Counted from the stretch's first letter, positions 43,101 to 61,600 are shown. The stretch: DNA of 64,000 nt from the human T2T-CHM13v2.0 reference genome, Homo sapiens (GCF_009914755.1 NC_060930.1); one strand, 5' to 3'. Notes: generated by a model not told the origin, from the sequence alone. Numbers and translations are program-made.

Positions 43101-43794
43101 AGGATGTGGTAAACAGAGCAAAGTGTTTTCAAGATATTTTAAAAGAGTAAACCGAACCCTAAAGTCTAACATTTTTTTTTAAATTTCCAGAAATTATCCT
43201 ATTTTATATTTTATTCTATAGAGCATAATTTACTAATATGTTTTCATTTTAATAGTATACTTTGAGTAGAAAAAAATGGAAACTTATTGGGAATGTTTCT
43301 GTATAATGCCTATACTAGGATTTGTTACTCAGATCTCAGCTACCTAATCAGGAGGTAAGACAAAATGGAATAGACTATTTCAAATTTCTGCCCCAAATCC
43401 TTGCAGAATAATTCTCTCGTTCTTCAGAAAAACAAGTAAATTGAGTCATCTTCATCTGCGGTTCTTTCAACTTTTCGTTTCCAGCACTGGCATTATAATC
43501 TTAGTGTCTGTGGATTGTATTGCATGATACAATAACAGCTGCCATGTATTTCTGATACAGCATAACTGTCAAATACTCAATCTCCTTTTTTTCACACACA
43601 CCCAAAGAAACGGCCTCAACTTTTAAAGATGGTGTATTTCAGCAACAAGAGTTTGTATTTTACTGTGTAAGCAATGATCTTACTATGAAATGATATAATT
43701 ACTGACTTAATAATGTATGCATTTTATTATAGATATGCCAAAAATATAGGTTTATAAAGTGACTTAATAAATATTGATGTATAACAGCAGATAC

Positions 43795-44250
43795 TAGTAC
43801 CCAATTCCCATTTTCCTCTTCCCAAACACAATGTTATATAGGCAACAATCTATAGCTAAAAAATTTCATACCGCGTCTTCTATATAAGCAGACAAGAACG
43901 TGTGAGTGGGCACTAGTCAATGAGAAGTGACATGAAGTTCTTGGGTGGAATTTCTGGATAAGCTTCATTAAAGAGAATGAGACAGCAGATTTATATATCT
44001 TTGCTCCTCCACTCTTTCTTTTACCTAAAGCATAAAGTATAGTTACAATAGCTAGAGCTCCAGAATCCATCTTAAAAGCATTTGAAGAATGGTGTAGAAG
44101 AGAGCTGAAATGATTCTGTTTCCCTGACAACACTGCAGTGCTGTCACTCTAGCTTCTATCTCCTACACCAAATTTTTACTTATAGGAAGGAAAAGTACCC
44201 TTCTATTTTGGCTTGAGACACTGTTTGGGGCTTTGTGAAAGGCTGGAAAT
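43795..44250 (+). mobile_element. Old MaLR/ERVL LTR (MLT1J-like)
   Basis: ctagtcaatgagaagtgacatgaagttcttgggtggaatttctgg...gctagagctccagaatccatctt. Confidence 0.55.
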
Positions 44251-44254
44251 CACT

Positions 44255-44401
44255 TCTGAAGATAGTCAAGACCTAATCCCTGGCATCTGTGAATATTTCT
44301 TGTATAGAAAAGGTGACTTTTTGTATCAGACTAGATTAAGGATCTTAGGATAGATCATTGTATATTATCTGTGTGGACCCAATTTCATTAGAAAAATTCT
44401 T
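44255..44401 (+). mobile_element. MLT1D-like MaLR LTR, 5' part (split by the L1PA3 insertion)
   Basis: cctaatccctggcatctgtgaatat...gattaaggatcttag...ttatctgtgtggacccaat. Confidence 0.75.
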
Positions 44402-48571
<4,170 letters not shown>

Positions 48572-50139
48572 GGGTCTTTGGTACCTGTAGGTGGACATAA
48601 TTCTCATGCAATGCAAGATATAATTTCATAGTTAATTAAGTTTGATTTTCAAATCCCTTGAAGAAGAGCATTTTATTAATACATGTGGCAGGTACTAATA
48701 AACAGTAGCTAGTTCATAGTATACATTCAATAAACATTTGAAAAACTAAAATAAATTTCAGCTCCTCTGTCATTGTATGAACTAAGGAAGAAAGTATTTG
48801 AAAAGACAATAACTAGTTACTTCCTTCTTTTTAATTTGAACCTGACATCAGATCATATTGTTCTGCTGATTTGTAGCTCTATAGGTATAAGGAGCTAATC
48901 ATTCAGATATAATTAACGTTATACAAGAAAATTAAATTGCTTTGAGGAATGTATATGATCAAATCAAAATGTTCAAATTTTTCACTTAATTGCTTGGTTA
49001 TTGAGTCTTAAATATCATATCATTCAATGAGTTCCAAAAAAGCATATCTGTGTCATTGAACTAGGTTTGCCTTAGTTTAAAACATATTTCTATAAATGTG
49101 GTAAGGTGATATAAACTTAATTCTTTTTCTAAGATAAATTAATTGCTTTCTGACACTGTGTCTGCATAGAAGTGCATACAATACACCCAAATACTATGTT
49201 TCTCACTAAAAACAAAACAGATAACTAAGCATTTCATGTTTAACAGCTCTTTCACTCAGATAAATTTCTATGTATGTTTAAACTATATTTCTATGTAGTT
49301 GTTTTTGAGTGATTTCCTATATTTTAAACTCAATTGCAGAGGGTTGTAAATCACAAGAAATTCATTCCATTATTAAAATGGAAATGTGGGGCTTTCTTCC
49401 TGTGGATTTTGACCAGTAGATATGGGTAAAATAGAGAAATCTTTATATGAACAATTTCTCCACATTATTCCTACACAGACGGTCATTTAGCCTCCATGCA
49501 TTTAAAAACAGTTTTGCAAAAACTTTTTGCATGACAATTAAGGGATAGCTTGAGTTACTCATCTTTCTCCAGTAACATTTTGTTTTAGTGCAAATATTTT
49601 TATGAACTTTATAATAAATAGTGTTATAATTGGAAGATTTTCATTCTCTAAACAACTGAATCTATATTCATAGCTTCCTATGTAGACAACTTTATTCGAG
49701 GGAGAATTCCCAGGGTGAAACATTAGGGAAGATCGGTCATCTTTGCAGAACCTCATAAAACAAGGGGCACTGAAAGTTTTAGTAAATGGATTATGCTACA
49801 TAAAACACTCTGAAAGTACCTTCATGCATTAAAACACCATGGAGTGAATTTTACAGTCTTCTAGTACTAAAAGATGGCTAATATTATACTGTAATCTGCA
49901 GGATAAATTTTCAGAGACTTGCTGGGAAAACAAAGTGCCTAGGGGGCTACAATAAAAAATAGTACAATTTAACATCTTCTTTCATGTATAATATTTAATT
50001 ATTACACAAACGGTTCAAAAAAAAAATGAACTACGTATGTAAGAATTAAGGTTTGGGTTCCTATACATATGGTTCATTATTTTTAAAGTTAAAATAATGC
50101 ATTCAGAATTTAAGTTGGTAATGAATAGAAACCTGGTAA

Positions 50140-50620
50140 ACAGTAGGAGCCAATATATTGTGTCCTTACTATTTGTCAAGCACTGTGCTATGCAGCCCAA
50201 TGTATTTAAGCCACATAACAGTTCAGGCTGAAAACTTTTATGAGTTGATGTTGCATTCTTGAGTCTAAAAGCAATTTAAAGGCAAAATTTATTCTTCTTC
50301 AGGGACCTCAGTCTTTTAACTTAAAGCTCACAACTGATGGAATGAGGCCCACCCACATTACGAAGTATATTCTGATTTCCTAAACATCTACTGATTTAGG
50401 CATTAAATACATCTGAAAAATAGCCTGATAGCAACATCTAGACTACTGCTTGACCAAATCTCTGGACACCAAAGCCTGGCCAAGTTGAAACATAAAGCTA
50501 ACCATTACACGTAGATATTATTATTTCATTTTATAAAGGAGTAAACTGAGGCATATAGACATTAAAAGTTTTCCAAGATTACAAAATGAGTAAAAATGAG
50601 ATCCAGTACTTAAAGCCAGG
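50140..50620 (-). mobile_element. MIR split by an MLT2 LTR fragment
   Basis: ccttactatttgtcaagcactgtgcta...cacataaca, then the insert, then gtagatattattatttcattttataaaggagtaaactgaggcatagac. Confidence 0.7.
50222..50509 (-). mobile_element. MLT2 (C/D-like) ERVL LTR fragment
   Basis: actgatggaatgaggcccacccacatt...gcctggccaagttgaaacataaagctaaccattaca. Confidence 0.8.
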
Positions 50621-50621
50621 C

Positions 50622-51030
50622 TGTGGAATACCAGAAGATGCACCACCCTGATACCCTTCAAGGAAAGACTTTCTACCCAGCTGTGAGGTGTAGGGGCTGG
50701 TATGGAGTAGGTTGTGGCATTTGGCAAGTTCCAGTTTCTTTTGAGTCCACCTCCGCTACAGAAAACTCTCTCATCTTTCCATGGATAACTTGCATCTGGA
50801 GAGTAAGGCATGGCTACGAGAGCCAGGAACTCATGGTCCTTAGGCCCTATGTGGGACATTCTGAAAGGCAGTCATCTCTCTAGTATTTCCTACCTGCTTG
50901 CCAAGTCTTTTTCAGGACTGCATTAAAATTTGACCTTTTTCTCTGTCCAAACCTGTTTTCTCCCTCTTTCCTTCACAGGTGCTGATACTTTTGTACTAAG
51001 ACTTTTATCTTAGCATCTTTTCCCAGAATA
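50622..51030 (+). mobile_element. ERVL LTR (LTR16A-like)
   Basis: ggccctatgtgggacattctgaaaggcagtc...ctctttccttcacaggtgctgat...cttagcatcttttcccaga. Confidence 0.6.
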
Positions 51031-52694
51031 TACACATGCCTTCTTATCCTGAGCACAAATTCATAAACCTCTATTGAGTTACCTTATGAAGCATATAGTT
51101 ACAGTCAATTTTCTATGACTATAAAACTCATAGGTATGTATATACGAATCAAATCTTACATCTTAGACTCTGAAAAAATGGATTATATCTGCATAAAATG
51201 AAAAATACATTTGTCAAGATACATTATAATTCTACCCCCTTGACCATCCTACTTTCATGCCATCTACAATGTTAACAAACATGGCACCTGTATCAGTGAG
51301 AATAAAGGGAAATTCAGAGAAACAGAGTTCATGGCAGGTAGTTCAGTGGAGTAAAGTTAACATGAAAAAATAGTTAACAAAGGTATGAAAGAGATAAAAG
51401 CCAAAGAAGGGGCAGTAGGAAGACTCAGAGATTAGCAATCTTAGAAAACACCATCAAGCACAAGGTGCTGAACTTGAGTGCTGATGGGAGGCTGTATGAG
51501 GGAGCTGGAAACACCATGGGGGCTTCCCAGCAAGAGTCAGGAACACAGAAAATGGCACTTTTGAGAAGAAACTGAAATAGAGAGAAAAAGCCATCTAACA
51601 CACAGAGTGATAGGAACACATTTCCTAGCTTCTTCCTTTTTCCCTTCCTCCATTCCTCACTCTTGCACTTTTCTACCAATATCCTCTAATTGTGAGGGAG
51701 TCTATAGTTGGACAGGCCAGTCCTCTGAGAGGCTGAACAGAACAGGAGGTAGAGGAAGGGTAATAGCCTTAGGACAAACAAACTAATGACAGGCACACCA
51801 TCAAGATGTTTGGTAAAATCAGTGACAAAGATTTTAACTAAAAAGAGACAAAGACCAAGTTGTAGGTATGCTGCTATTCCCACCACTATTATCAACTTTG
51901 TGTTTGCATGATTAACCAATTAATTCCAACCCTTTCTTTATAACATATAAAAATGTTTATCTGGCTCACAGGATCTCATGTCATAAATTGTCACGTTCCA
52001 ATAGAAATCAAGACATATTATCTGTAGCCATTCGTTGATCAAGTAGACCAGTAACCCCTGTCAAAGAAATCAAGCTTCACTTGTCTTTCTGCTCAAATCT
52101 GCAAGACTCACATTTATTTTGCTAGCACACTAAATACGTAGACGAAATGTTCCTAAAATTTTATCAGAATAGCAAAATAATCTAGACAACTTAGATAATC
52201 ATAGTACAGGTAAATACACAGCTCTTCAAATTCATTCACCTCTTAGGCAGAAAAAATATATATCTTTCTCCAAAACAAACATTCTCTAGGTTATTTGAAC
52301 ATTGTGCTGTCTTACATGCTTTGAAGTTAAAAGGTGTTTACAGGGAGATTGGAAAAAGAACAAGGAACTGAGTAGCTCAGGGAACATTTTGTTACCACTT
52401 ATGAATATCTTAGGGAACTTTTTGCTCTTTCTTGCTAATCATAACAAGAGAAAGTATGAATAAATTAATTTAAATTTCAATAAGATCTTACCCCACCCTT
52501 CTGCTTTGTTTTTAAGAGCCTGAGGTCATAGATACTCTGATCTCCAGACATCTTTTTCTTACATAAGTAAAAAACTAATTATTAACTTTGCACAATAAAA
52601 ATGAAAAGTAATTGACATGTGTGTTTTTCTTCCTACACGTGGGTTTAGTGATTTAGTGATATTATGTCTTACAGCATTTGTGCTTTTGAAATAG

Positions 52695-53740
52695 AATTTA
52701 TTGAGCTTTATTTACAAAATATTAAATGTATTCATTAGAGGTATACATTTTGGTGAGTTTTGATAAATTAATATGCCCATGCAAGTCCTTTACAATTGAT
52801 CTATATAATATTTGTATCCTCCCAGTAAAAGCCTCCTTACTTCCTTTCCCAGACTTATCCCTAGCCCCAGGCAACTACTGAACTACTTTCTTTCACTATA
52901 CATGTGACTTATCTTTTCAAACTTTTATATAAATGGAATAATATAGTAAGTATTATTTCCTGTCTGACATCTTTTAATGGATATAAGGTGACCGTCACTT
53001 ATGTTTTTTCATATATCAGCTTTCATTTTATTTGTGAGCATTTTTCTATTGTTTAGATATACCACAATTTGTTTATTCTTTCACCTGCTGATGGGTTGTT
53101 GCAAGTTTCTGGCATAAAACAGTAAAACTAAAAAATGGCACAACTATCATGAAAAACAACTTGGTAGTTTCTTAGAAAGGTAAAAGTCAACTTACTGTTG
53201 ATGGAGTTGACCTTGATGTTCTCAACAACTTGACTAGACATCAGACAAGTTTCTTCCTCATATAGGCACCTAACCTTACTTTTCTTAGAACATTTACTCT
53301 GGAAGACTTTCAGTTATAAAGTCTTTTTCTGCTGCTTTGAAATATAAATACTTTCAGCCTCCTGCCAGTTTTAGGACCTAGGAAATGTCATTCTCAATGA
53401 CCTGAAAGCCATTCATTTGAAATGTAGTCATCAAGAAAGTGAGTGCCCCTATCCTATCTTCCATGGTCTCTGTGGGAAAGTAGAAGCTAAGCACCAATTA
53501 GCCAACACATATGTTCTGAACACTTTGACCAGCCTTCCTCTGACATCCTTTAGTACTTTTCTACTAGCTTACAATTTGATTCAGTGGAGTTGAGTTCAAT
53601 CTCTCTTTCCTATTGCAAGAATATTGAATAAAATCTTCATTTTCATTACTCTGTCCAGCGCAATTTTTCTTTGACACCCCAAGACCCAGAGATTCTGTTT
53701 ATAGCTACTTATAGAAAAGTAAAAACATATCCTCCTACAT
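52695..53740 (-). mobile_element. L1ME-type 3' end (52695-53113 on -) with an adjoining inverted piece (53130-53195 and 53677-53740 on +)
   Basis: cccaggcaactactg...ttatataaatggaat...ataccacaatttgtttatt (antisense), then aaaatggcacaact...ttggtagtttcttag (sense). Confidence 0.7.
53196..53676 (+). mobile_element. ERV1 solo LTR (MER31-like)
   Basis: TG...CA ends; gagttgagttcaatctctctttcctattgcaa...gaataaaatcttc...tttttctttgaca. Confidence 0.7.
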
Positions 53741-53743
53741 ACA

Positions 53744-54429
53744 TGTACCTTGACTATTTTGGACCTGGAAAACAGAGATGTTCAAAAATTCATGTTGTGT
53801 TCCAGGAAAAGGCTTACTATAGAAGGACTACTTCCCATGTTACTCATGGATTCTCTCCTTGTTTATTACTATGACAAGGCCAGGCAGAACCCTTTCAAAT
53901 TTTGAGTCTTCCACTCATAAATAATTAGCTGAACTATGTGTCACCAGTGAGCTATTGAAAAAATGCCTATAAATCTGACTTGATCAAATTGTGGTTAAGC
54001 TTCTCTTTGTCCCCCAAGCCCCTGAACTTTGACCCACCTTCAGCTTGAGCCAGCATGTAAAAAAGCTCCTTAAGACTCCTTCTGGAGAAAATAGGCTGAC
54101 CTCAAGGTAAAACATTCACTGCTCAACTGTACTCTGTATGTACTTATGTATGTACAACATAAACTGCATTTACTCTTTCTATTTTCTTACACCTCTTTTT
54201 TTTCTAGCTTTGTTTACTCTTCCTTACACAGGGAAGTCCTTTTGTGCCTGACTTTGAGATCCTTGCAAATCTCATAATCAGGAGCATGCTCTTAATTTCA
54301 GTAGTTCTCCTCTTCCTATTGGTATAGTCCCCCTCCACTTATACAAAACATTATTTCAAATGTAATAATCTATTTAAAGAAGCTCTTTTTTCCTAAGTCG
54401 AATTATATTTTTCAAATGTGTCTTTTACA
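53744..54429 (+). mobile_element. ERV1 LTR (MER67/MER90-like)
   Basis: gcccctgaactttgacccaccttcagcttgagccagc...ggctgacctcaaggtaaaacattc; ends ...tcttttaca. Confidence 0.55.
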
Positions 54430-54883
54430 AATATATATTGTATATACATAAGGGGTATGACATGATGTTTTGATAAACATATACACAGTAAAAAGTTTAA
54501 CACAGGTAAGCAAACTAACATATTCATTACCTTTCATAGTTACCTCTTGTGTGTGGTAAGAGCACCTAATTTCTACTCTCTTAGCAAAATTTTAATATAT
54601 AATAGAATATTAATTATAGACCTCCTGCTATACATTAGATCTCTAGAATGATTCATCATATGTAGCTGCAAATTTATACCTTGTGACTTACATCTCCCTC
54701 ACTTTCTCCCTTTCTCCGCCCCTGATAAACACTAGTCTATTTTCTATGTATTCAACTTTTTAATGTTCTATGCATAAGTAAGATGATATAGCATTTTTGT
54801 TTCCAAATCTGGCTTATTTCATTTAGTATAATGTCCTCTAGGCTCATCCATATTGTCATACATGGCGATATATATAGAAATTG

Positions 54884-54885
<2 letters not shown>

Positions 54886-54927
<42 letters not shown>
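54886..54927. repeat. (TA)n microsatellite
   Basis: About 21 TA units. Confidence 0.95.
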
Positions 54928-54931
<4 letters not shown>

Positions 54932-55051
54932 AAAAATTATAGAGTGTACTTACAGACACCTAGATGGTATAGCCTACTACACTCCTGTTGCTCCTGACTA
55001 CAAACCTGTATAGCATATTGCTATATTGAATACTGTAGGCAATTTTAATAC
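54928..55051 (+). mobile_element. Internal Tigger3a fragment (local copy)
   Basis: Matches 55583-55706; no terminal inverted repeats. Confidence 0.8.
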
Positions 55052-55516
55052 CTCTATTATATATAATTTCTTTATCCACTTATCCACTGATGGACACTAT
55101 GATTGCTTCCTTATGTTGGCTATTGTAAATGATGCTTCAACAAACAAGTGAATGTAGATATCTCTTTGAGATACTAATTTCATTTATTTTGGGTATATAT
55201 GCAGCAAAAAGTTATATAGGTCATACAGAAATTATGTTTTTTTTAGGAAACTACATACTGTTTTTCATAATGACTATACCAATTTACATTCTCAAAGGTT
55301 CCCTTTTCTTCACATCTCACCAACATGGTTTATCTTTTTCTTTTTGATAATGACTATTCTAACAGGTGTGAAACCGATGCCTCACTGTGGTTTTGCTTTG
55401 CAATTCCCTAATGATTAGTGATACTGGGCACCTTTTCATATTTCTGTTAGCCATTTGTATGTCTTCTGTGAAAAAATGTTGATTCGGGTCCATTGACCAT
55501 TCTTTTACTTGGGTTG

Positions 55517-55845
55517 CAGTCTTGCATTGCTTAATGACATGAATATATACTGAGAAATGCATCTTTAGGCAATTTCACCTTTGTGCAAAAATCATAAAGC
55601 GTACTTACAGAAACCTAGATGTTATAGCCTAGTAAACTCCTATTACTCTTGGCTGCAAACCTGTATCGTATATTACTGTATTGAATACTATAGGCAATTT
55701 TAATACAAAGGTATGTATGTGTGTATCTAAATATACCTAAACATAGAAGAGGTACAGTAAAAATATGGTGTTATAATTTTATGGGACCACCACCATACAT
55801 GCTATTCATCATTTTACTGAAATGTCATTATGCAGTGCATGACTG
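55517..55845 (+). mobile_element. Tigger3a (MER7A) non-autonomous DNA transposon
   Basis: TIRs cagtcttgcattgcttaatgac / gtcattatgcagtgcatgactg, followed by TA. Confidence 0.88.
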
Positions 55846-58052
55846 TATTTGTTTTTTTACAATTAATTTTATGAGTTACTCATATATTTTTTAAATTAAA
55901 CTCTTTTTAGATATGTGGTTTGCATTATTTTTTCTCAATTTCTAAACTGCCTTTTCAAGTGGTGGATTGAACATTTTAGCTTGATGTCCCACTGACACTT
56001 TGCTTATGTTGGCTGTGTTTTTGGTTTCATATCCACGGAACTATTGCCAAGATCCACATCAGGGAGTTCTTCCCTGTTTTCTTTCAGGAGTGTTATGATG
56101 TAAGGTTTTATATTTTGTTATTTAATCCACTTTGAGTTGATTCGTGTGTATGGTGTAAGACAAAGGTCCAACTTTAGGCTTCTGTATGCGGCTATCCAGT
56201 TTTTGTATCAAAATTTATTGAAGAAAACACAAAATCCTTTAACCATTTTGTCATTTTCATGGCCTTATAAAATTATTGGCTGTATACACTGAGTTTATTT
56301 TGGAGCTCTTTATTCTGTTCCATTGGTCTATGTGTCTGCTTTTTATGTGAGTATCATACTATTTTGACTACTATATTTTTGTATAATTTGAAATAAGAAA
56401 GTGTAATGCCTCCAGCTTTTTTGTTGTGTTTTTCTTTTCCGTTAAGAGTGCTTTGGCTCTTCACAGTATTTTGTGGTTCTGAATGAATTTTAGGATTGTC
56501 TTTCTATTTCTGTGAAAAATGCCATTGAGATTTTGAAAGCAATTGCATGGAATCTGAAGATCACTTTAGGTAGTCTCCTAATTCACAAATCCAGGATATC
56601 TCTCAATTTATTGTGTCTGATTCAATTTTATTCATTGAAGTTTTTAAATTCTCAGTATATAGATTTTTCACTTGCTTGGCTAAAGATGCTATCATAAATG
56701 GGATTTTTTAAGTTCCTTTTTTTGGGGTAGATTATTATTAACATAAAAATACAACTTATATTTGCATGTTGATTTTGTATCCTGCTATTTTACTTAATTC
56801 AGTGATTAGTTCTGACAGTTTCTTGTGGAGTCTTTAGGGACATGTGATACATAGGATTATAGCACCTACAACAAGGATAATTATTTCTTTCCTTATAATT
56901 TGGATTGCTTCTATTTCCTTTTCTTGTCTGAATGCTTTTGCTGGTACTTCTAGTACTATGTTTAATGGTACTTCTAGTACTATGAGGAGATGGGTATCCT
57001 GGCCTCATACCAGATCTTATGTAAAAGGATTTGAGTTCTGCTCCATTGTTTATGATATTAGTTGTAGGCTTTTTATAAATGGTTTTTATTAAGTTGAGAA
57101 AATTTATTTCTATACACATTTAATTAAATGTGTTTATAATTAACAAATGTCAAATTTTGTCATTTTTTTTCTGCAGCTATTGAATGATTGTGTGATTTTT
57201 ATCTTTTTATTCTGTTAATGGGATATATCATGTCAATTGAATTTGCCTATTTTTAACAACTTGGCACTTCAAGATCAATCCCTGTTTGTAATTTTGTATA
57301 ATCTTTTTTATGTGACATTAAATTTGGTTGGCTAATATTTTTTTAGGGCTTCTGCATCTATGCTCATAAGAGATATTGTTCTGATGCTTTCTCTTCTTAT
57401 ATTTGTGTTTGTCTGACCTGGTATCAAGGCGATGCTGGAGATATTACCTTTACTTCTATTTTTTTAAAGAGTTCATAAAAGATTGGTAATCATTCTTTGA
57501 ATATTTGATAGAATTCAGCTGTGTAGCTGTGTGGTCCTGAGTTTTTTTTTTCACTGGGTGACTTTTGATTATTATTTCAAGTCTTTGTTGTTTTTGGTCT
57601 ATTGAGCCTTTCTATTTGTTGATTCAGTCTTGATAAGTTGCATGTTTCTAAGAATTTCTTCTAGTTTATCTACTTTATTTACATATAATTGTTTATAATC
57701 ACTTATGATCTTTTTCAGTTTCTGAGTCATTATTTGTAATGTCTCCTCTTTTATTTCTGATTTTATTTGAATCTTTTCTCTTTTTTCTTTGACAAACTAG
57801 CTAAGAGTTTGTTGATTTTGTTTATTAAAAAAAACTTTGGTATTTTTTATTTTTTTCTGTAGTTCTTCTATTCTCTATTTCATTTATTTTTACTGTGATC
57901 TGTTATTCCCTTCTTTCTACTAACTTTGCTTTAGTTTGTTTTTTGTCTAGTTTTGTGAAGTGTAAAGTTAGATGGTTTATTTGAGATATTTCTGCTTTTT
58001 AATTTAGGAATTTATTGCTATAAACTTCCCTCATGACTGCTTTTACTATATC

Positions 58053-58680
58053 TGTTATGATTAAGTGTCAGCTTGCTGTCAACTTCATGGGTGTCAACTT
58101 GATTGAATTGAGGCATGCCTAAATGGCTGGTAAAATCTTGTTTCTGGGTATGTTTGTGAGGAGGAGATTGACATTTGAGTATTATTTCTGTGTCTGTTTG
58201 CCACAGGAAATTGACATTTGAGTCAGTGGACTGGGAGAGGAAGACCCAACCTCAGTCTGATTGGGCACCATCCAATAGGCTGCCAGTATATCTAGAACAA
58301 GGCAGACAAATAAGGTGGGACAACTTTGCTTGCTGAGTTTCTGGTTCCCTTTCTTCTTTCCATGCCAGATCCTTGCTTCTGCTCCTCTTGCCCTTGGACA
58401 TCAGATTCCAGGTTCTTGGGCCTTTGGACACTGGAACTTGCTCCAGCGGTTTCTTGGGGACTCTCAGGCATTCAGCCTCAGGCTGGCAGCTGAGTTTTCA
58501 GCTTTCCTGGTTTTGAGGCTTTTGGACTTGGAATAAGCCCCTGCTGGCTTCTCACTTTCCCCAGCTTGCTCGCAGCCTATCACCTTATAATCCTGTGAGC
58601 CAATTCTCCCTAATAAACTCCCTTTCATATACACTTATATCCCATTGGTTTTGTTCTTCTGGAGAACCCTGGCTAGTACA
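58053..58680 (+). mobile_element. MLT2 (B-like) ERVL solo LTR
   Basis: gtgtcaacttgattg...tttgagtcagtggactgggagaggaagaccc...ctggagaaccctggctagtaca; 5-bp TSD atatc/acatc. Confidence 0.9.
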
Positions 58681-61600
58681 ACATCCCATAAGTTTGTTCA
58701 ATTCTATTTTAGTTTGCCTCATGATAGTTTTTAAATTCCCATTTGACCTGTGCTGTACCCAGTGATTGCTCAAGAGTATGTTGTTTCATTTCCATGTTTT
58801 TGTGAGTTTTCTCATTTTCTTACTATTACCAATTTTTGGTTTTATTCCATTGTGGTCAAAGAAGATTCTTGGTACAATTTTGCTCTTAAATATGTTAAGT
58901 CCTATTTTGTAATCTTTTATGTGACCTATACTGAAGAATATTTTGTATGTACTTGAGAAGAATGTAGATATTTTTGCTATTGTGTGAAAAGTTATATATA
59001 TATATATATATATGCCTGTTCTGATATTTAGTGTATATATACACATATGTTATATCTTCCTATTGAATTGATCCTTTTATCATAATGTAATCATCTTTTT
59101 TGTTTCTAAAGACTGTTTTTGACTTGAAGTCTATTTTGTCTGACATAAGTATAGCCACTACTTTTATTTTTCTAATTTTCCCACCCATCTGCACACTGAC
59201 ACTTCTCCTTTCTTTTGGTTACCACTTGAATAAAGTATCTTTTTTCATCTCTTACTCTCAACCAGGATGTACCCTTGAATCTAAACTGAGTTTGTTATAG
59301 ACAACATATAGGTGGATCTTGTTTACTATTCATTAAGACAATTTATATCTTTTGATTTGGGAGTTTGCTTCGTTTACACTTAAAGTGATTCTTGAATAAG
59401 AAAGAATTTACCTTTGGCATTTTTGTTAACTGTTTTCTGTTTGTCTTGTGGTTCTTTTGTCTCTCTTTTTCTATCTTGCTTTCTTTCTTCCTATTTTATT
59501 TTTAGATATGTATATATATATATATTGCAATGGTTTCATACCTATATTTTTCCTTTGTATAATGGCTACAGTTATTTTTGTGTTTGCCAAGGAACCTACG
59601 TAGAAAATCTTATAGTTGTAACAGTATATTTTAAGTTGGTAACAACTTAAATTTCTTGTATCCAAGAAATCTATAATTTTAAGTTTCGTCTCTCCACTTT
59701 ATTTGCTATTGTTGTCACAACTATTTACATTTTGCTTCTATTAACATAATGTAGTTATACTTGCTTTTAATACTTTTATTTTTTAACTTCTTAGTGGGAT
59801 TATAATTAATTAACTTACTACTATTATAGTAATAAAATATTCTTTTTTTGCCTATATTTTTACCTTCGCCAATGAGTGTCGAAATTTCTTATGTTTCTGT
59901 GGTGGTGTTTAGAAACCTTTTATGTCAACTTAAAGAACCTCTTTTAGCATGTTTTCTAAGGCAGGCATAAATATTATGAACTCCCCCAGCTTTCATTTGT
60001 CTAAAAGGTTTATTTTTTGAAGGACAGGTTTGCTAATTATAGGATTATTCATTTGAAATCTTTTATTTCAACATTTTGAATATATCATTCTACTTCTTTC
60101 TGTTCTTCAAAGTTTCTCCTAAAAAATGTACTGATAATTTCATGAAGATTCCCTTCTTTTTGCTCCTCAGGTTGACTGACTTCTAATTACCTGTTTTTTA
60201 GTTTGTTGGTCTTTTTTTCCAATTTATCTAATCTGCATCTGATTCACTTTATTGAATGTGTTAGTGTAAGTATTGTATTCTTTAGCTCTATGATTTCTGT
60301 TTGGTACATTTTTATATTTTCTTTTTTTGTTGTTAAAATTATTAGTTTGTTCATGCACTGCTTTCCTGGTCTCAGTGAACATCTGTATGAAAATTCCTTT
60401 GAATTTTCTATTGGGTAAATCTCATATCTTTACTTAATAGAGGTTGTGTTTTGGAGATTTATCTTGTTATTTTAATTGGAACATTATGGCTTCATTTTTT
60501 TTTAACTGTTTGTTATGGTTTCTGCTCATTGGATAAGCCAATCCCCCTTTCCCAGTCTTGTCAGTCTGTCTTCCTGTAGAAGGAGAACTTCACCAATTTT
60601 GTCCAACTAGAAGTTCTAGATACCTCTCAAATCTTTGTGCTTGTCCAAACCATTGCCTCTGTCCTTAAGGGTCCCCAAGATATTAAGGTGTGCCAAGTTC
60701 TGTCAGTACCCCCAAAACAGGTGAGATAAAACTCAGCTCCTCAAGATGTAGCTGTAAAAGTTAGCATGTTAGGTATGTCTTTTAATTCTTTGGATCTTTA
60801 AGGAAAAGCTGAGTTAGAGTTTTCTCTACAGTAGGCTCTCCAGTAAGCAAGGGAGAAAATCTGCAACATATGCTTGCACTCTCACTCAGACCCCACACTC
60901 TGACACTGGAGGATGGCAGCTGTAAGTGAACCCATTTTTAAGCCACCTCCTTATATCTGTGATTTAGAGAGACTTGGGAATCGAGAACCACTTCAACTCC
61001 CAGAGCTAGGTCATTTAGAAACCAGTATCTCTGGTGGCAGTTTTAAAAGTTGGGGCACTCAATGAATGCACACCCTCCTTCCTGGGAGAATATAAAGACC
61101 TGAATTTATCACTGGAGTTAGCTGGGGAATAAAGAAAAGAAAGTGCCCACTTTTCCATTCAGACTCCCAGAGGCCCACTGTTTATTTGCCCCATTGTCTC
61201 TCTGCTTCTAGCTCCTTAGAAGCCCTACACTCGGGCAGCATCTGGAAAAATACGCAGAAGATTCCCTTCCAGGGAAAAACTGGTAGCTGGGGATTTTAGC
61301 CTGTTCTCTTTGCAGTGATCCTGAGGGTTATAGCTGCTGGAAGTGCTTGTGTACTTATTAAAAACCATATTTTTGTTCACATTAGATTAGGGAGACTTGG
61401 AAATGCAGAGTCTGTTTTGTCCCAAATGCAACGTAATTTAATATTCAAACCTTCTGGGCAAGAAAGTGAAGATACAGAAGTTGGGGTGCTATATGCATGA
61501 CCCAATCCCTTCATTCCTCAAGGAGAAACTAGGAGATGGTAATTCCTTTCTGATCATAAGGTGCTGTGCCAGGGTGGGGTCTGTGAGCCAATGTGTCTTA

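Noticed and set aside
43222-43354. Additional splice-like signals (also acceptors at about 34364, 37063 and 40959)
   Set aside because: Unpaired or weak; such matches are common in AT-rich DNA.
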